Assembly (NCBI GenBank): GCA_963736205.1 | Contig: CAVTNX010000026.1 | Coordinates: 2,956-66,955, forward strand | Direction: 5' to 3' | Source of the DNA: an uncultured Gammaproteobacteria bacterium | Lineage (GTDB): Bacteria > Pseudomonadota > Gammaproteobacteria > Steroidobacterales > Steroidobacteraceae | DNA length: 64,000 nucleotides | Shown here: piece after piece, positions 1 to 10,682 of the stretch | Position numbering within the stretch: position 1 is the stretch's first letter | Layout: the number at the start of each line of letters is the position of its first letter | Position numbers and translations under genes: made by a program | The notes under the pieces: model-generated | Told to the model about the DNA's origin: nothing | Database searches by the model: none | What the model saw: only the letters and a program-made list of their open reading frames with translations

Positions 1-1
1 G

Positions 2-130
2 CAACAGGTCCAGGCCGCTCGCGTGAACTACCTGCGCGCCAGGAGCGACGAACTCTCCCAGCGCGTGAACCTGCACCTGGTGCTGGGCGGCAGCTTCGCC
101 GAACGGGTTTCGCTGGCGTCCACCGAATAG
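2..130 (+). CDS. 3' end of a CDS that starts outside the window; possibly a TolC/NodT-type outer-membrane efflux factor
   Basis: Open frame from the window edge to TAG at 128-130 (..RVNLHLVLGGSFAERVSLASTE*). Only 42 codons are visible, so the family guess rests on the C-terminal ..LGGx motif alone. Confidence 0.3.
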   Translation, partial: QQVQAARVNYLRARSDELSQRVNLHLVLGGSFAERVSLASTE

Positions 131-152
131 GTTCCACAACGCCGGTATGGCG

Positions 153-1266
153 TCAGCGTTTCGCGACCTCGTCGCCGTCGTTCCCGCCAGCCGACCCGGT
201 TGCCGCGGCCGTGTCGCGCTCTTCTGCGACCCAGTCGTTGAGCAGCGTGTAGGCAACCGCCAGAACCACGGGCCCGACAAAGATCCCGATCACCCCGAAC
301 GCCACCAGCCCGCCGACAACGCCGGAGAAGATCAACAGGAACGGCAGGTCGGCACCTTTCTGGATCAGCACCGGCCTCACGACGTTGTCCATGAGGCCGA
401 CGACCAGTGACCAGACCAGCATGAACGTCCCCCACGCTGCGCCCGAGTGCGAGTAGACCCAGGCCGTGGCAGCCAAGCAGGACCAGGATCGGCCCGATCT
501 GCGCGATGCACAGCACGAACATCACGACAGTCAGCACCGGCGCGAATGGCACGCCGGCTATCGCGAGTCCTATGCCACCAAGCACGGACTGCAGCAGGGC
601 CGTGACGACCACGCCCAGCGCGACCCCCCGGATGGCCTGCGCAGCGAGCACCGTGACGCGATCGCCGCGCTCGCCGGCGAGCCGACGCGAAAACCTGCGT
701 ACCCAGGCAGCCCATGACTCGCCGCTGGAGTAAAGGACCGCGCAGAGCACGACCGTGAGCAGGAACTGCACCAGCACCAGTCCGATGCTGCCCGCCTGAC
801 GCCCGAACCAGGCAGCGACCTCGCGCGCATATGGCGCCGCCCTGCTTGAGCAGTTCTTCGACGCGCTGGCTCGAGATACTCGACCAGGACCCGTACGCCC
901 GGTCGCCAACGATGGGCAGGTCCTCGAGCCACCGCGGTGGCGGCGGTAGCTGCATCTGCGAGATCTTCGTTGCAAGGCCCGGCACGTCGCCGGCGTGCGA
1001 AAGCAACGCACCCGAGACCCATACCAGCGGAACGACCAGTATCGCCAGCAACGCGAGTCGTCATCACCGCGACTGCGGCGCTGCGCCTGCCGCCAGAGCA
1101 GCGACTGCAGCTTCGCCAGGATCGGCCACGTCGCAATGACGATCATGGCGGCCCAGATCAGCGCGCCGAGGAACGGCTTCAGGATCCAGAGGGACCCCCC
1201 GATCAGGCCGCCCAGGAAGATCACCGCCAGTACGGTCCGCGCCAGTTCGCTGCGTGAGCTGCTCAT
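153..1266 (-). pseudogene. AI-2E family transporter (PerM/YdiK-like), reading frame broken about four times as assembled
   Basis: Family-typical segments lie in three different frames. N-terminus MSSSRSELARTVLAVIFLGG..ATWPILAKLQSLLW is in the 28..1266 frame. GRRSAAVAVMTT is in the 570..1136 frame. LAILVVPLVWVSG..RVEELLKQ is in the 377..1051 frame. AREVAAWFGRQAG..CIAQIGPILVLL is back in the 28..1266 frame. The C-terminus AWGTFMLVWSLVVGLMDNVVRPVLIQKGADLPFLLIFSGVVGG is in 153..476. Total length is 1114 nt (3n+1). Confidence 0.75.
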
Positions 1267-1447
1267 ATCAGGCCGTCCAGCGGCAGGAATTGGATCTCGA
1301 CAGGAATACGCTCGGCATCAGAATTTCTCGGTAGGGTGCGGCGCCATCGCAACGGCTCAGTATACGATCAGTCGCCGGCTGTAACCTCATGGGCGATTCC
1401 CCGGTCTATTCTTACGGCAACACCTGCACGAGCTGGAGCGAGGCACC

Positions 1448-2389
<942 letters not shown>

Positions 2390-2392
2390 GTC

Positions 2393-3007
2393 GTGCGGCG
2401 CTACGCGAAGCCCCTGCTGTTCCTGCTCTGCTCGCTGCCGCTTGCCTGGCTGGCGGCCCGCGCATTCGGAATCGCCGGCACCGGGCTGGGCGCCAATCCG
2501 GTCGACGAACTGCAGGACCAGTTGGGGCAATGGGGGCTGCGACTGCTGCTCGCAACTCTATGCGTCAGCCCGCTGGCCGTGACCCTGCGCATGCCGTGGA
2601 TCATGGGGCTGCGGCGCATGCTCGGGCTCTTCGCGTTCACTTACATCGTCCTGCACTTCGCGAACTGGCTGGTACTCGACCGCTGGTTCGACGGCGTCGC
2701 CATCATTGCGGATATCGCGAAACGTCCCTACATCACGGTGGGCTTTGCCTCGCTGCTGATGTTGCTGCCGCTGGCCGTGACTTCGACCAACGGCTGGATG
2801 AGGCGCCTTGGACGCCGCTGGCACCGACTGCATCGCCTGGTGTATCCCGCGGCGATCCTCGGCTGCATCCACTTCTGGTGGCAGGTCAAGGCCGACTGGC
2901 GCGAGCCGCTGTTGTACTCCGCTGTCCTGGCAGTGCTGCTGGCATGGAGACTCCGGCGGGCGTGGACCCGGCGCGCTGTACGCGTCGCACCGGCGAGCGC
3001 GGGCTGA
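2393..3007 (+). CDS. msrQ: Heme-binding membrane subunit MsrQ (YedZ)
   Basis: 204 aa multi-TM protein starting 3 nt after the msrP stop (GTG start). It has ferric-reductase-like TM histidines (HF..W, LHRLVY, IHFWW). Confidence 0.85.
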   Translation: MRRYAKPLLFLLCSLPLAWLAARAFGIAGTGLGANPVDELQDQLGQWGLRLLLATLCVSPLAVTLRMPWIMGLRRMLGLFAFTYIVLHFANWLVLDRWFDGVAIIADIAKRPYITVGFASLLMLLPLAVTSTNGWMRRLGRRWHRLHRLVYPAAILGCIHFWWQVKADWREPLLYSAVLAVLLAWRLRRAWTRRAVRVAPASAG

Positions 3008-3031
3008 GAGTCTGCCTGGCAGGCATCTGGA

Positions 3032-3928
3032 TCAGGACGCCGTTCCGCGCAGCTTTATCAGTGTGTGCAACAGCACCGAACCGACGATGAGCACCACGCC
3101 CAGGTAGAAAGACGCGGAGAGTTCGCGCTGCTCACCCAGCAGGACGATGCCAAGCAGCACCGCGTACACCGGCTCCAGGCTGATCGCCAGCTGGGCAGTA
3201 AACGCGCTGGTGTGTCGCAGCGCGTGCAGTGAAAGCGTGAAGGGCAGCAACGTACAGGCGATGGCCAGCGTGGCGAGCAATGCAAAGTCGCGGCCGTCCG
3301 GCAGCGGGAATGCCGGACCAGGTCCCGGCATCATCAATGCCACGACACCAAGGAACGCCGTACCGGCCGCGAGTTCGACCCATGTCATCAGCAGTGGTGC
3401 GGCTCGCTCGACGATGCGCTTGTTGAGCGATCCGAAAATTGCCACCAGGAACGCCGAAAAAACACCCACCAGGATTCCGGCGCGCATGGAGTCGGGCGTC
3501 CCGCCCACCACCAGCGCCACGCCCGGCAACGCGAAAACGCCGATCAGCATTTCGCGTGGATCGAACGACCGCTTCGCGATCCATGGCTCGACCAATGCCA
3601 TGAAGACCGGCGCCGTACCCATGCAACTCGCGGCGACCGACGCATTGGAGAGCTTTATCGCACCGTAGAACGTGAGCCAGTGCAGCGCCACGATGACACC
3701 GGCTCCCGAGAACAGCAGCAGCGTCCTGCCGTCAATGGCGCGAAGCGCGCGCCAGACCGGCGGCCACAGCGCTATCGCGAGCACGACCAGCAACATGCGC
3801 CACCAGACCAGTGGCAGCGCAGGCAGGCTGATCAGCTTGCCGAGAATCGCGGTAAAGCCCCAGAGCACGACGCAGAAGTGAATCTGCAGCAGCGCCGTGT
3901 GTGCGGGTGGCCTCGCCGACAAGTTCAT
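3032..3928 (-). CDS. EamA/DMT-superfamily transporter
   Basis: 298 aa with about 10 predicted TM helices and the two-repeat EamA-like architecture. Confidence 0.75.
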   Translation of the reverse strand: MNLSARPPAHTALLQIHFCVVLWGFTAILGKLISLPALPLVWWRMLLVVLAIALWPPVWRALRAIDGRTLLLFSGAGVIVALHWLTFYGAIKLSNASVAASCMGTAPVFMALVEPWIAKRSFDPREMLIGVFALPGVALVVGGTPDSMRAGILVGVFSAFLVAIFGSLNKRIVERAAPLLMTWVELAAGTAFLGVVALMMPGPGPAFPLPDGRDFALLATLAIACTLLPFTLSLHALRHTSAFTAQLAISLEPVYAVLLGIVLLGEQRELSASFYLGVVLIVGSVLLHTLIKLRGTAS

Positions 3929-3973
3929 TCCTCGCGGCGCCTGGCCGCGCCAGGCGCATGGTCACACGCGCAT

Positions 3974-5056
3974 TCAGGCCGCAGTCGCCGCGGCCTTGCG
4001 CTGCCTGTAGCGCGCCACCATCTGCAATCCCGTTTCTTCACAGGGCGGGAGCGCGACGTCCGATGTGCCGAGCGGCGTGACGCGATCGCCCCATCGAACC
4101 AGGTGGGCACACCAGGTGAGCCCGGCGCCGAATGCCGGCAGCAGCAGCAGGTTTCCGGGCGCCACGCGCCCTTCCTCCAGCGCCTCGACCAGCGCGACGG
4201 GCACCGTCGCGGCAGACATGTTGCCGTAGCGGTGTACATTGACGAACACCCGCTCCATCGGCATCCCTGCGCGCTTCGCAACCGCCTCGATGATGCGCAG
4301 GTTGGCCTGGTGAGGGATCACCAGGTCAATGTCGTCGGCCGATACGTTGTTTTTCGCCAGCACGTCGGCACAGGCGCCCGACATGCCGATGACCGCGCGC
4401 TTGAAGATTTCCTGGCCTTCGAATATCCAGTTCGTGTCGCCGTATAGCCGGGTGAGGTCCGCGTAGCGGGTGCCCATGCCCTCGACGACCAGGGTATTGC
4501 GCGCGTCACTGTCGCAACCCAGCCGTTCGCCGAGCAGGCCCTCCTCCCGGTCGGTGGCCTGCAGCACCACGGCGGCACAGCCGTCGCCGAACAGTACGGC
4601 GACCCCGCGGTTGTTCCAGTCCATGAATGCGCTGATCAGTTCGCCGCCGATCACCAGCGCATTGCGTACCACGCCGGTGCGGATCATGGCGGTCGCCGTG
4701 CTCAGGCCGTACAGGAAGCTGGTGCAGGCGGTATTGACGTCCATCGACGCCGCATTCTTCGCGCCGATCCGGACCTGGATCCCGGAGGCCTGGTTCGGCA
4801 CCTGGTCGTCGAAGCTGCAGGTACCGAAGACGATCAGGTCCACCTCGGAGCCGTCGAGCCCGGCGGCCGCAAGCGCGCGCATCGACGCCACGTAGGCGAG
4901 GTCGGTCAGCCTGACGTGCGAAATGCGACGCTCGCGGATACCGGTCCGCGAGACGATCCACTCGTCGTTGGTGTCGAATATGGTCGCGAGATCGGCGTTG
5001 GTCAGCACGGCAGGCGGGAGGCATTTGCCCCAGCCGGTAATGGCAGCGTAGGTCAC
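3974..5056 (-). CDS. Beta-ketoacyl-ACP synthase III (FabH-like) with a C-terminal extension
   Basis: 360 aa. KAS III catalytic triad contexts are present (NTACTSF Cys, IPHQAN His, YGNMSAAT Asn). About 35 extra C-terminal residues. Confidence 0.8.
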   Translation of the reverse strand: MTYAAITGWGKCLPPAVLTNADLATIFDTNDEWIVSRTGIRERRISHVRLTDLAYVASMRALAAAGLDGSEVDLIVFGTCSFDDQVPNQASGIQVRIGAKNAASMDVNTACTSFLYGLSTATAMIRTGVVRNALVIGGELISAFMDWNNRGVAVLFGDGCAAVVLQATDREEGLLGERLGCDSDARNTLVVEGMGTRYADLTRLYGDTNWIFEGQEIFKRAVIGMSGACADVLAKNNVSADDIDLVIPHQANLRIIEAVAKRAGMPMERVFVNVHRYGNMSAATVPVALVEALEEGRVAPGNLLLLPAFGAGLTWCAHLVRWGDRVTPLGTSDVALPPCEETGLQMVARYRQRKAAATAA

Positions 5057-5171
5057 CGGGTTGCCCCTTCGATACGTTTTGTGTCCGACACTTTACCGGA
5101 AAACCCCTGCCACCCTCGCCCGGTGACGTGATGCACCGCTGGCCTTGCTTCAGCCGCGCAGGCCGGGAGAC

Positions 5172-6092
5172 TCACGCCGCAGGCGCGACGGATCCCGGGA
5201 AGCTGCCTGCCTTGACCAGCATGCCCGGCACCGGCCGGCCGAGCTGCTGCTGCAGCCAACTGCTGGCAGCGATTGCACCGTCCAGTGAAACACCGGTTTC
5301 ATAGCCGCAGCGGTGCAGCATGTACACAAGGTCCTCGGTGGGAATGTTGCCGGTCGCAGCCGGTGCGAATGGGCAGCCGCCGATCCCACCGAGGCTGGCG
5401 TCCAGCGCCGCAACCCCTGACTGGACCGCGGCGTAGGCATTCGCGAGCCCGGTGTTCCGCGTGTTGTGAAAATGGCAGCGCAGCCGGATGCCCGGCGCGG
5501 CTTCACTCACACGGCCCACGAGTTCCTCGACCTGGGCCGGGACTCCGACTCCGATCGTATCGGCCAGCGCGATCTCGCAGGGCTCCGCCGCAGCCACGCG
5601 GCACACAAGTTCCAGCACGCGCGAAACGGGGATTTCGCCCTCGAACGGGCAGCCGAATGCCGTTGAAATGGTGACCTGTGCGCGGATGCCTGCCGCCTTC
5701 GCCGCGGCCGCGATGCCGAGCCATGCGGCAATCGAGTCCTCGGTCGAAACACCCTGGTTGCGTCGATTGAACGTGTCGCTGGCCATGACGGCCATCCCGA
5801 TCTCGTTGCATCCGGCCAGTGCCGCCCGTTCGAAGCCCCTGCGGTTCAGCACCAGCCCGACATAGACGAGGCCGCGCGGGGGTGGCAGGGCACCGAGCAC
5901 CGCTTCCGCATCGGCCATCTGCGGGACCTTGCTGGGATTGACGAAGCTGGCAACCTCGATCCGCTTCAAGCCCGCGTCGATCGCCCTGCCGATGAACTCC
6001 ACTTTGGTCGCGGTGGCGAGAAACACGGGCTCGCCCTGCAGTCCATCTCGCGGACCCACTTCGACTATTTCCACGAAACGCTTCGAAGGCAT
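5172..6092 (-). CDS. Hydroxymethylglutaryl-CoA lyase family protein
   Basis: 306 aa. Motifs: EVGPRDGLQ, HFHNTRNTGLANAYAAV, LGGIGGCPFAPAATGNIPTEDLVYML. Confidence 0.85.
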   Translation of the reverse strand: MPSKRFVEIVEVGPRDGLQGEPVFLATATKVEFIGRAIDAGLKRIEVASFVNPSKVPQMADAEAVLGALPPPRGLVYVGLVLNRRGFERAALAGCNEIGMAVMASDTFNRRNQGVSTEDSIAAWLGIAAAAKAAGIRAQVTISTAFGCPFEGEIPVSRVLELVCRVAAAEPCEIALADTIGVGVPAQVEELVGRVSEAAPGIRLRCHFHNTRNTGLANAYAAVQSGVAALDASLGGIGGCPFAPAATGNIPTEDLVYMLHRCGYETGVSLDGAIAASSWLQQQLGRPVPGMLVKAGSFPGSVAPAA

Positions 6093-6222
6093 TCAACGAG
6101 CTCCACGCCGGGCCGGGCAGCTTGTCCGCCGGTGCGCTCGCCGCAGGGCGGTCGCGCCCGACGCCGCGCCTTCCGGCTACAATATCCGCACGATAACCCG
6201 TTCGAGCCCTGCGAGGACAGAC

Positions 6223-7497
6223 ATGAAAATATCGAAACTGGTACTTATTGCGGCCCTTGCTGCAGCGGGCGTCGCTGGCGTCACATCCGGCACGCTGGCC
6301 CCGACGGCCGCCATTGCTGCGGAACAGGGCCCGAAGATCAGCTCCAGCATCGTCAAGCCGCTGCAAGCGACCCAGGAAGCGTTGACGGCCAAGAACCTCG
6401 ACGAGGCCCTGGTCCACCTCCAGGAAGCCCGGGCGGTCGAGCCCAAGACGCCGTACGACTCGTTCATGATCGACGAGTTCACCTGGAACGTGCTGCTGCA
6501 GAAGCAGGACTACGCAGGAGCAGCCGTGGCCCTGGAGGCGGCCGTGAATTCAGGGTTCATCCCGCCAGCCGATCTGCCGCAGCGACTGAAGGCGCTCTCG
6601 CAGCTCAACTACCAGTCCAAGGACTACGCGAAAGCCGTGGAGTACGGAAATCGCTACCTGGAAACGGCGCCGGACGACCGCGACATGGGAGTACTCGTGG
6701 CGCAGAGCTACTACCTCGAAAAGGACTACGTGGGCGCGCGGGCCGCAGTTGAGAAACTCACCGCGGGCCAGGCCAAGCCCAGCGAGCAGCTTCTACTGAT
6801 CGGGCTGCGCTGCAATTTCGAGCTCAAGGACCGGCCGGGCACGATGAAGGCCATCGAGACCCTGATCCTCAACTACCCCAACCAGAAGTACTGGGAGGAT
6901 CTGCTCACCAACCAGCTGTACGAGACAAAGGGCGACCGGGAACTGCGCATGCTCTTCCGGTTGATGGACCAGACCAGGACGCTGGACACGGCAGACGAAT
7001 ATTCGGAGATGGCCAACGTGCTGTTCACCGGGGGCTTCCCGGCCGAGTCCGTACGCATCCTCGAGCGCGGCACGGCCGCCAACCTCTTCACCGGTGAAGC
7101 GCTTTCGCGAGCAAAAACCAACCTGGAGCGTGACCGCGCCGGTGCCGCAGCTGACAGCAAGGAACTGCCGGGTGCGGCGAAAGCGCTGGCAAACGCGAAG
7201 ACCGGCAACGACATGGTTGCCATAGGCAAGCTCTATTTCAGCGCTGGTGATTACGCGAACTCCGCCGATGCGATCCGCAAAGGCCTGGCCAAGGGCGGGG
7301 TTGCGGATCCCGACGATGCGAACGCGCTGCTGGGCGTTGCACTGGTCCGTCTGGACAAGCCTGCCGACGCACGCGCGTCGTTCGGGGCGGTCAAGGACCC
7401 GAAGCTCGCGGCGATAACGCGACTCTGGGTGCTCTACCTGGATTCGTCGGCCGCGGGCGCCGCGGCACCGGCCACGACGGAAGCGCCGGCCGGCTGA
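6223..7497 (+). CDS. Secreted TPR-repeat protein, paralog of 7628..8842
   Basis: The ATG at 6223 gives a signal peptide (MKISKLVLIAALAAAGVAGV..AIAAEQ). Repeated xDYxxA TPR-like motifs. Colinear similarity to the neighbouring TPR protein (e.g. GKLYFSAGDYA..KGG..DPD..). Confidence 0.7.
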   Translation: MKISKLVLIAALAAAGVAGVTSGTLAPTAAIAAEQGPKISSSIVKPLQATQEALTAKNLDEALVHLQEARAVEPKTPYDSFMIDEFTWNVLLQKQDYAGAAVALEAAVNSGFIPPADLPQRLKALSQLNYQSKDYAKAVEYGNRYLETAPDDRDMGVLVAQSYYLEKDYVGARAAVEKLTAGQAKPSEQLLLIGLRCNFELKDRPGTMKAIETLILNYPNQKYWEDLLTNQLYETKGDRELRMLFRLMDQTRTLDTADEYSEMANVLFTGGFPAESVRILERGTAANLFTGEALSRAKTNLERDRAGAAADSKELPGAAKALANAKTGNDMVAIGKLYFSAGDYANSADAIRKGLAKGGVADPDDANALLGVALVRLDKPADARASFGAVKDPKLAAITRLWVLYLDSSAAGAAAPATTEAPAG

Positions 7498-7530
7498 TTC
7501 CGACCGATCGATCACCGCTCCCCGGAAATG

Positions 7531-7568
7531 AAAAGGCCCCGCGGCAATACCGCGGGGCCTTCCTGTTC
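7531..7568. terminator. Bidirectional intrinsic terminator between the convergent TPR genes
   Basis: aaaaGGCCCCGCGG-caata-CCGCGGGGCCttcctgtt. A 10-bp GC stem (7535-7544 / 7550-7559) flanked by an A-run and a T-rich run. Confidence 0.6.
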
Positions 7569-7627
7569 CGGCCAGAAGCTCAGGCCGCGGCAGGAAGAAT
7601 CCCCCGCCGGCCGCACCGATCAGGTGC

Positions 7628-8842
7628 TCAACGTCCCTTGATTATCCAGAGTTTCGCTACTTCCGCGAACTTGGGCTCCTTGACCGCGGCAAATGCCTTG
7701 TTCGCCTCGGCGTTCTTGCCCTGGCGGGACAGCGAGATGCCGTAGAGCATCTGCACCCGGTCAGGGTCTTCCAGCCCGCCCTTCGCAACGGCCTGCGCGA
7801 GTACCGGGGCCGCCTTGGCATAATCCCCCGCGCTGAAGTAGAGCTTGCCTACGTCGTACAACTGCGTGCCGGTCTTTGCAGCCGCGAGCATGGCATCGGC
7901 CCTGGGCAACTCCTGCCGCTGGACGTCTGCGCGACGGGTCGCGGCCTGCAGCGTGCGCTGGGCGCGGTTGAGTTCCTCGCCCTGGAAAACGCCGGCTGCA
8001 AGACCCTGCTGGATCACGCGCTCACCCTCGATCGCAAAGCCGGCAACCACGAGTCCCTGCGACATGTCGGTGTACTGGCGGGCCTTGGTCAGCGCACCCA
8101 CGTCCTCCGCCAGGCGATACAGCGCCAGCAGTTCATCATCGTGCTTGGTCTGGGAGATGTAGCCATCGAGCACGCGCTGCCAGGTGTCCTTGCTTGGGTA
8201 GTACCTGAGCAACAGGTCAAGCGCCTTTGCAGTACCGGCGGGATCGTTGATCTCGTAGCTCGAACGCAGCATCAGCTGCAACACGTCCTCGCTCGGTCGC
8301 TTGCCGCCCGCGGTCATGCGTTCGGCGGCCGCGATTGCGTTCTTGTAGTCCTTCTGCTGGTAATAGGCCTGCGCAATGAGCAACTGCATGTCCTGGTCGC
8401 CCGGCACCGACTTGAGGTACTGGTTGGCGAACTGGACGGCCTTCCCGTAGCTGTCGCCGCGGAAGTAGAGCTGCGCCAGCGTCTTGGTGCGCTGCACCTT
8501 CTCGCCGGCCGGCATCTGCCCCGATGACATCTGCTGCTCGAGCAGCCGTGCCGCGTCGAGGTTGCGGCCCTGCTGCAGGTAGACGTACCAGAGCAGCTCG
8601 TTGATCTTGTACTGCTCGAACGCTGTCTTGGTGGAAACGTCCTGGGCCTGCCGTATCGCCGCAAGCGCACCATTCCAGTTCTTCTTCTTGATCGCGTCCT
8701 GCGCGGCCTTCAGGTACTTGCCCACCGCCGGACCCACCTGCTGTTCGGCCATGGCGGTCACGGGAACGAGCAACGCCACAGACCCACCTGCCATGCTGCC
8801 CACGGCCAGCACGGCGCCCAGTACGTACGTTGCCTTGCTCAT
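7628..8842 (-). CDS. Secreted TPR-repeat protein, last gene of the tonB-exbB-exbD-exbD cluster
   Basis: 404 aa with signal peptide MSKATYVLGAVLAVGSMAGG..AMAEQQ and TPR-like repeats. Same strand as the ExbD genes and directly downstream of them. Confidence 0.7.
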   Translation of the reverse strand: MSKATYVLGAVLAVGSMAGGSVALLVPVTAMAEQQVGPAVGKYLKAAQDAIKKKNWNGALAAIRQAQDVSTKTAFEQYKINELLWYVYLQQGRNLDAARLLEQQMSSGQMPAGEKVQRTKTLAQLYFRGDSYGKAVQFANQYLKSVPGDQDMQLLIAQAYYQQKDYKNAIAAAERMTAGGKRPSEDVLQLMLRSSYEINDPAGTAKALDLLLRYYPSKDTWQRVLDGYISQTKHDDELLALYRLAEDVGALTKARQYTDMSQGLVVAGFAIEGERVIQQGLAAGVFQGEELNRAQRTLQAATRRADVQRQELPRADAMLAAAKTGTQLYDVGKLYFSAGDYAKAAPVLAQAVAKGGLEDPDRVQMLYGISLSRQGKNAEANKAFAAVKEPKFAEVAKLWIIKGR

Positions 8843-8964
8843 CTGTCGCCTCGCTATGGGGCCTCTACGCCCCCTCCAAGATAAAAGCCGCCGGGACTCA
8901 TCGCCCCGGCAGCCTCGTTAATGACGGGACCACCGACGGGCCCTCGGGCCCGCGCTGGCGGTGT

Positions 8965-9381
8965 CTACATGAACTGCTCGTTGCCCACGAACCCGATCTT
9001 CAGCAGCCCATTGCGCTGGGCCGACGCCAGGACCCTGGCCACGACGTCGTAATCGACCCGCTTACTTGGCCAGATGTGCAGTTCGGGCTGCGGATCGGCC
9101 ACCGCCTCGCGGGAGAAATAGTCGTTCAGGGTCTCGAAATCCGGGACCGGCGTGCCATTCCACAACACCGTTCCGTCGAAGTCGATCTCGAGGTTGATGA
9201 CCACCGGCTCGACCTGCGAAGGCGCATTGCTGGCCCTCGGCATGTCGAGTTTCACGGCATGGGTCATCACGGGAATGGTGATGATGAACATGACGAGCAG
9301 CACGAGCAGGACGTCGATCAACGGCGTCATGTTCATTTCCATCATCGGCCCGTCTTCGTCAGCGCCTGCACTCATTGACAT
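8965..9381 (-). CDS. exbD: Biopolymer transport protein ExbD/TolR (second copy)
   Basis: 138 aa. N-terminal MNMTPLIDVLLVLLVMFIIT anchor typical of ExbD/TolR. Confidence 0.85.
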   Translation of the reverse strand: MSMSAGADEDGPMMEMNMTPLIDVLLVLLVMFIITIPVMTHAVKLDMPRASNAPSQVEPVVINLEIDFDGTVLWNGTPVPDFETLNDYFSREAVADPQPELHIWPSKRVDYDVVARVLASAQRNGLLKIGFVGNEQFM

Positions 9382-9411
9382 TCGACTACTCCAGGATTTG
9401 AGGCCGACGCA

Positions 9412-9852
9412 TCAGCGACGGTAGCCGCGGTCCGGCTCGGTGATGAAGCCGACTTTCTGGATGCCGCTGCGCTGGCACAGCACGATAACCCGGCCGACGT
9501 TCTCCCACTTGGTCTGCCTGTCCCCACGCAGGTGGATTTCCGGCTGCGGATCCATTACCGCAACTTCCTTCAACCTCACCAGCAGCGCTTCCGGATTCGG
9601 CACCATTGCCGTGTTCCAGTAGATATTCCCGTCGGCATCAACCGCGATGTTGATGTTCTCCGGCTTGGTCTGCGTCGCGATGTTGGCCGCCTTCGGCAGG
9701 TCCACCTTGACCGACTGCGTGATCACCGGGACGGTGATCAGGAAGATGATCAGGAGCACCAGCATCACGTCCACCAGGGGCGTGGTGTTGATCTCCGACA
9801 TCGGCCTGTCGTCGCCTGACGGGCCACCGCCCGTCGAAACTGACATGCCCAT
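9412..9852 (-). CDS. exbD: Biopolymer transport protein ExbD/TolR (first copy)
   Basis: 146 aa. INTTPLVDVMLVLLIIFLITVP anchor motif. Confidence 0.85.
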   Translation of the reverse strand: MGMSVSTGGGPSGDDRPMSEINTTPLVDVMLVLLIIFLITVPVITQSVKVDLPKAANIATQTKPENINIAVDADGNIYWNTAMVPNPEALLVRLKEVAVMDPQPEIHLRGDRQTKWENVGRVIVLCQRSGIQKVGFITEPDRGYRR

Positions 9853-9884
9853 GGTAAATCCCTCCGGCGGCTCGTTTCAGCCGA

Positions 9885-10610
9885 TTACTTCTTGGGGGTG
9901 CCGCCGAGGACGCGCGCGCCGGCGCCATGGACACGAGAGCCGCTTACGATCACCTGCTCGAGGTCCGACGCGAACAGCTTGACGCGCTCCATGATCTCCT
10001 TGTTCCGGCCGAGCAGGTAGTTGTAGCCCAGCACCGCCGGCACCGCGACCGCGAGGCCGATGGCCGTCATGATCAGCGCCTCGCCGACCGGGCCCGCCAC
10101 CTTGTCGATGCTCGCCTGGCCAGCGACTCCGATTGCGACCAGCGCGTGGTAGATGCCCCACACCGTGCCGAACAGGCCGATGAACGGTGCCGTCGAGCCG
10201 GTGGTCGCCAGGAACGGCAGCTGTGTCTGCAGCGCGTTGCCGATGCGGGCGACGCCACGCGCGATCACGTTGTCGATCCACTCGTGCAGCGGCACTTCCT
10301 CGGTCATGCGCGAATCATGGTGCTCGGCGGCGTCGATCGCCTCGGAGGCTATTGCCTTGAAGACGTTGCCCTTGCCCGTCAGCTTGCCGACGCCGGTCTT
10401 GATGTTGTCGGCAGCCCAGAAATTCTTGTCGGCTTCCTTTGCCTGGCCAAGCAGCCGCTTCTGCTCCCACCACTTGGTGAAGATGATGAACCACGAATAC
10501 GCGGACATGATGACCAGCAGCACCATGACGCCCTTTGCGACGAAGTCGCCCTGGGCCCACAGAGCCTGGATTCCGTACGGGTTGTCTACAGCAATCGTTT
10601 CAGCGGCCAT
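9885..10610 (-). CDS. exbB: MotA/TolQ/ExbB proton-channel protein
   Basis: 241 aa, three TM segments. LPFLATTGSTAPFIGLFGTVWGI and GPVGEALIMTAIGLAVAVPAV motifs. Confidence 0.85.
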   Translation of the reverse strand: MAAETIAVDNPYGIQALWAQGDFVAKGVMVLLVIMSAYSWFIIFTKWWEQKRLLGQAKEADKNFWAADNIKTGVGKLTGKGNVFKAIASEAIDAAEHHDSRMTEEVPLHEWIDNVIARGVARIGNALQTQLPFLATTGSTAPFIGLFGTVWGIYHALVAIGVAGQASIDKVAGPVGEALIMTAIGLAVAVPAVLGYNYLLGRNKEIMERVKLFASDLEQVIVSGSRVHGAGARVLGGTPKK

Positions 10611-10682
10611 GGGGAATTTCCTCCAAAAATTCGGTATCGAATCTGTTCGTTTGCGGCGGGGCGGCGACGATGTGACTGGGCG

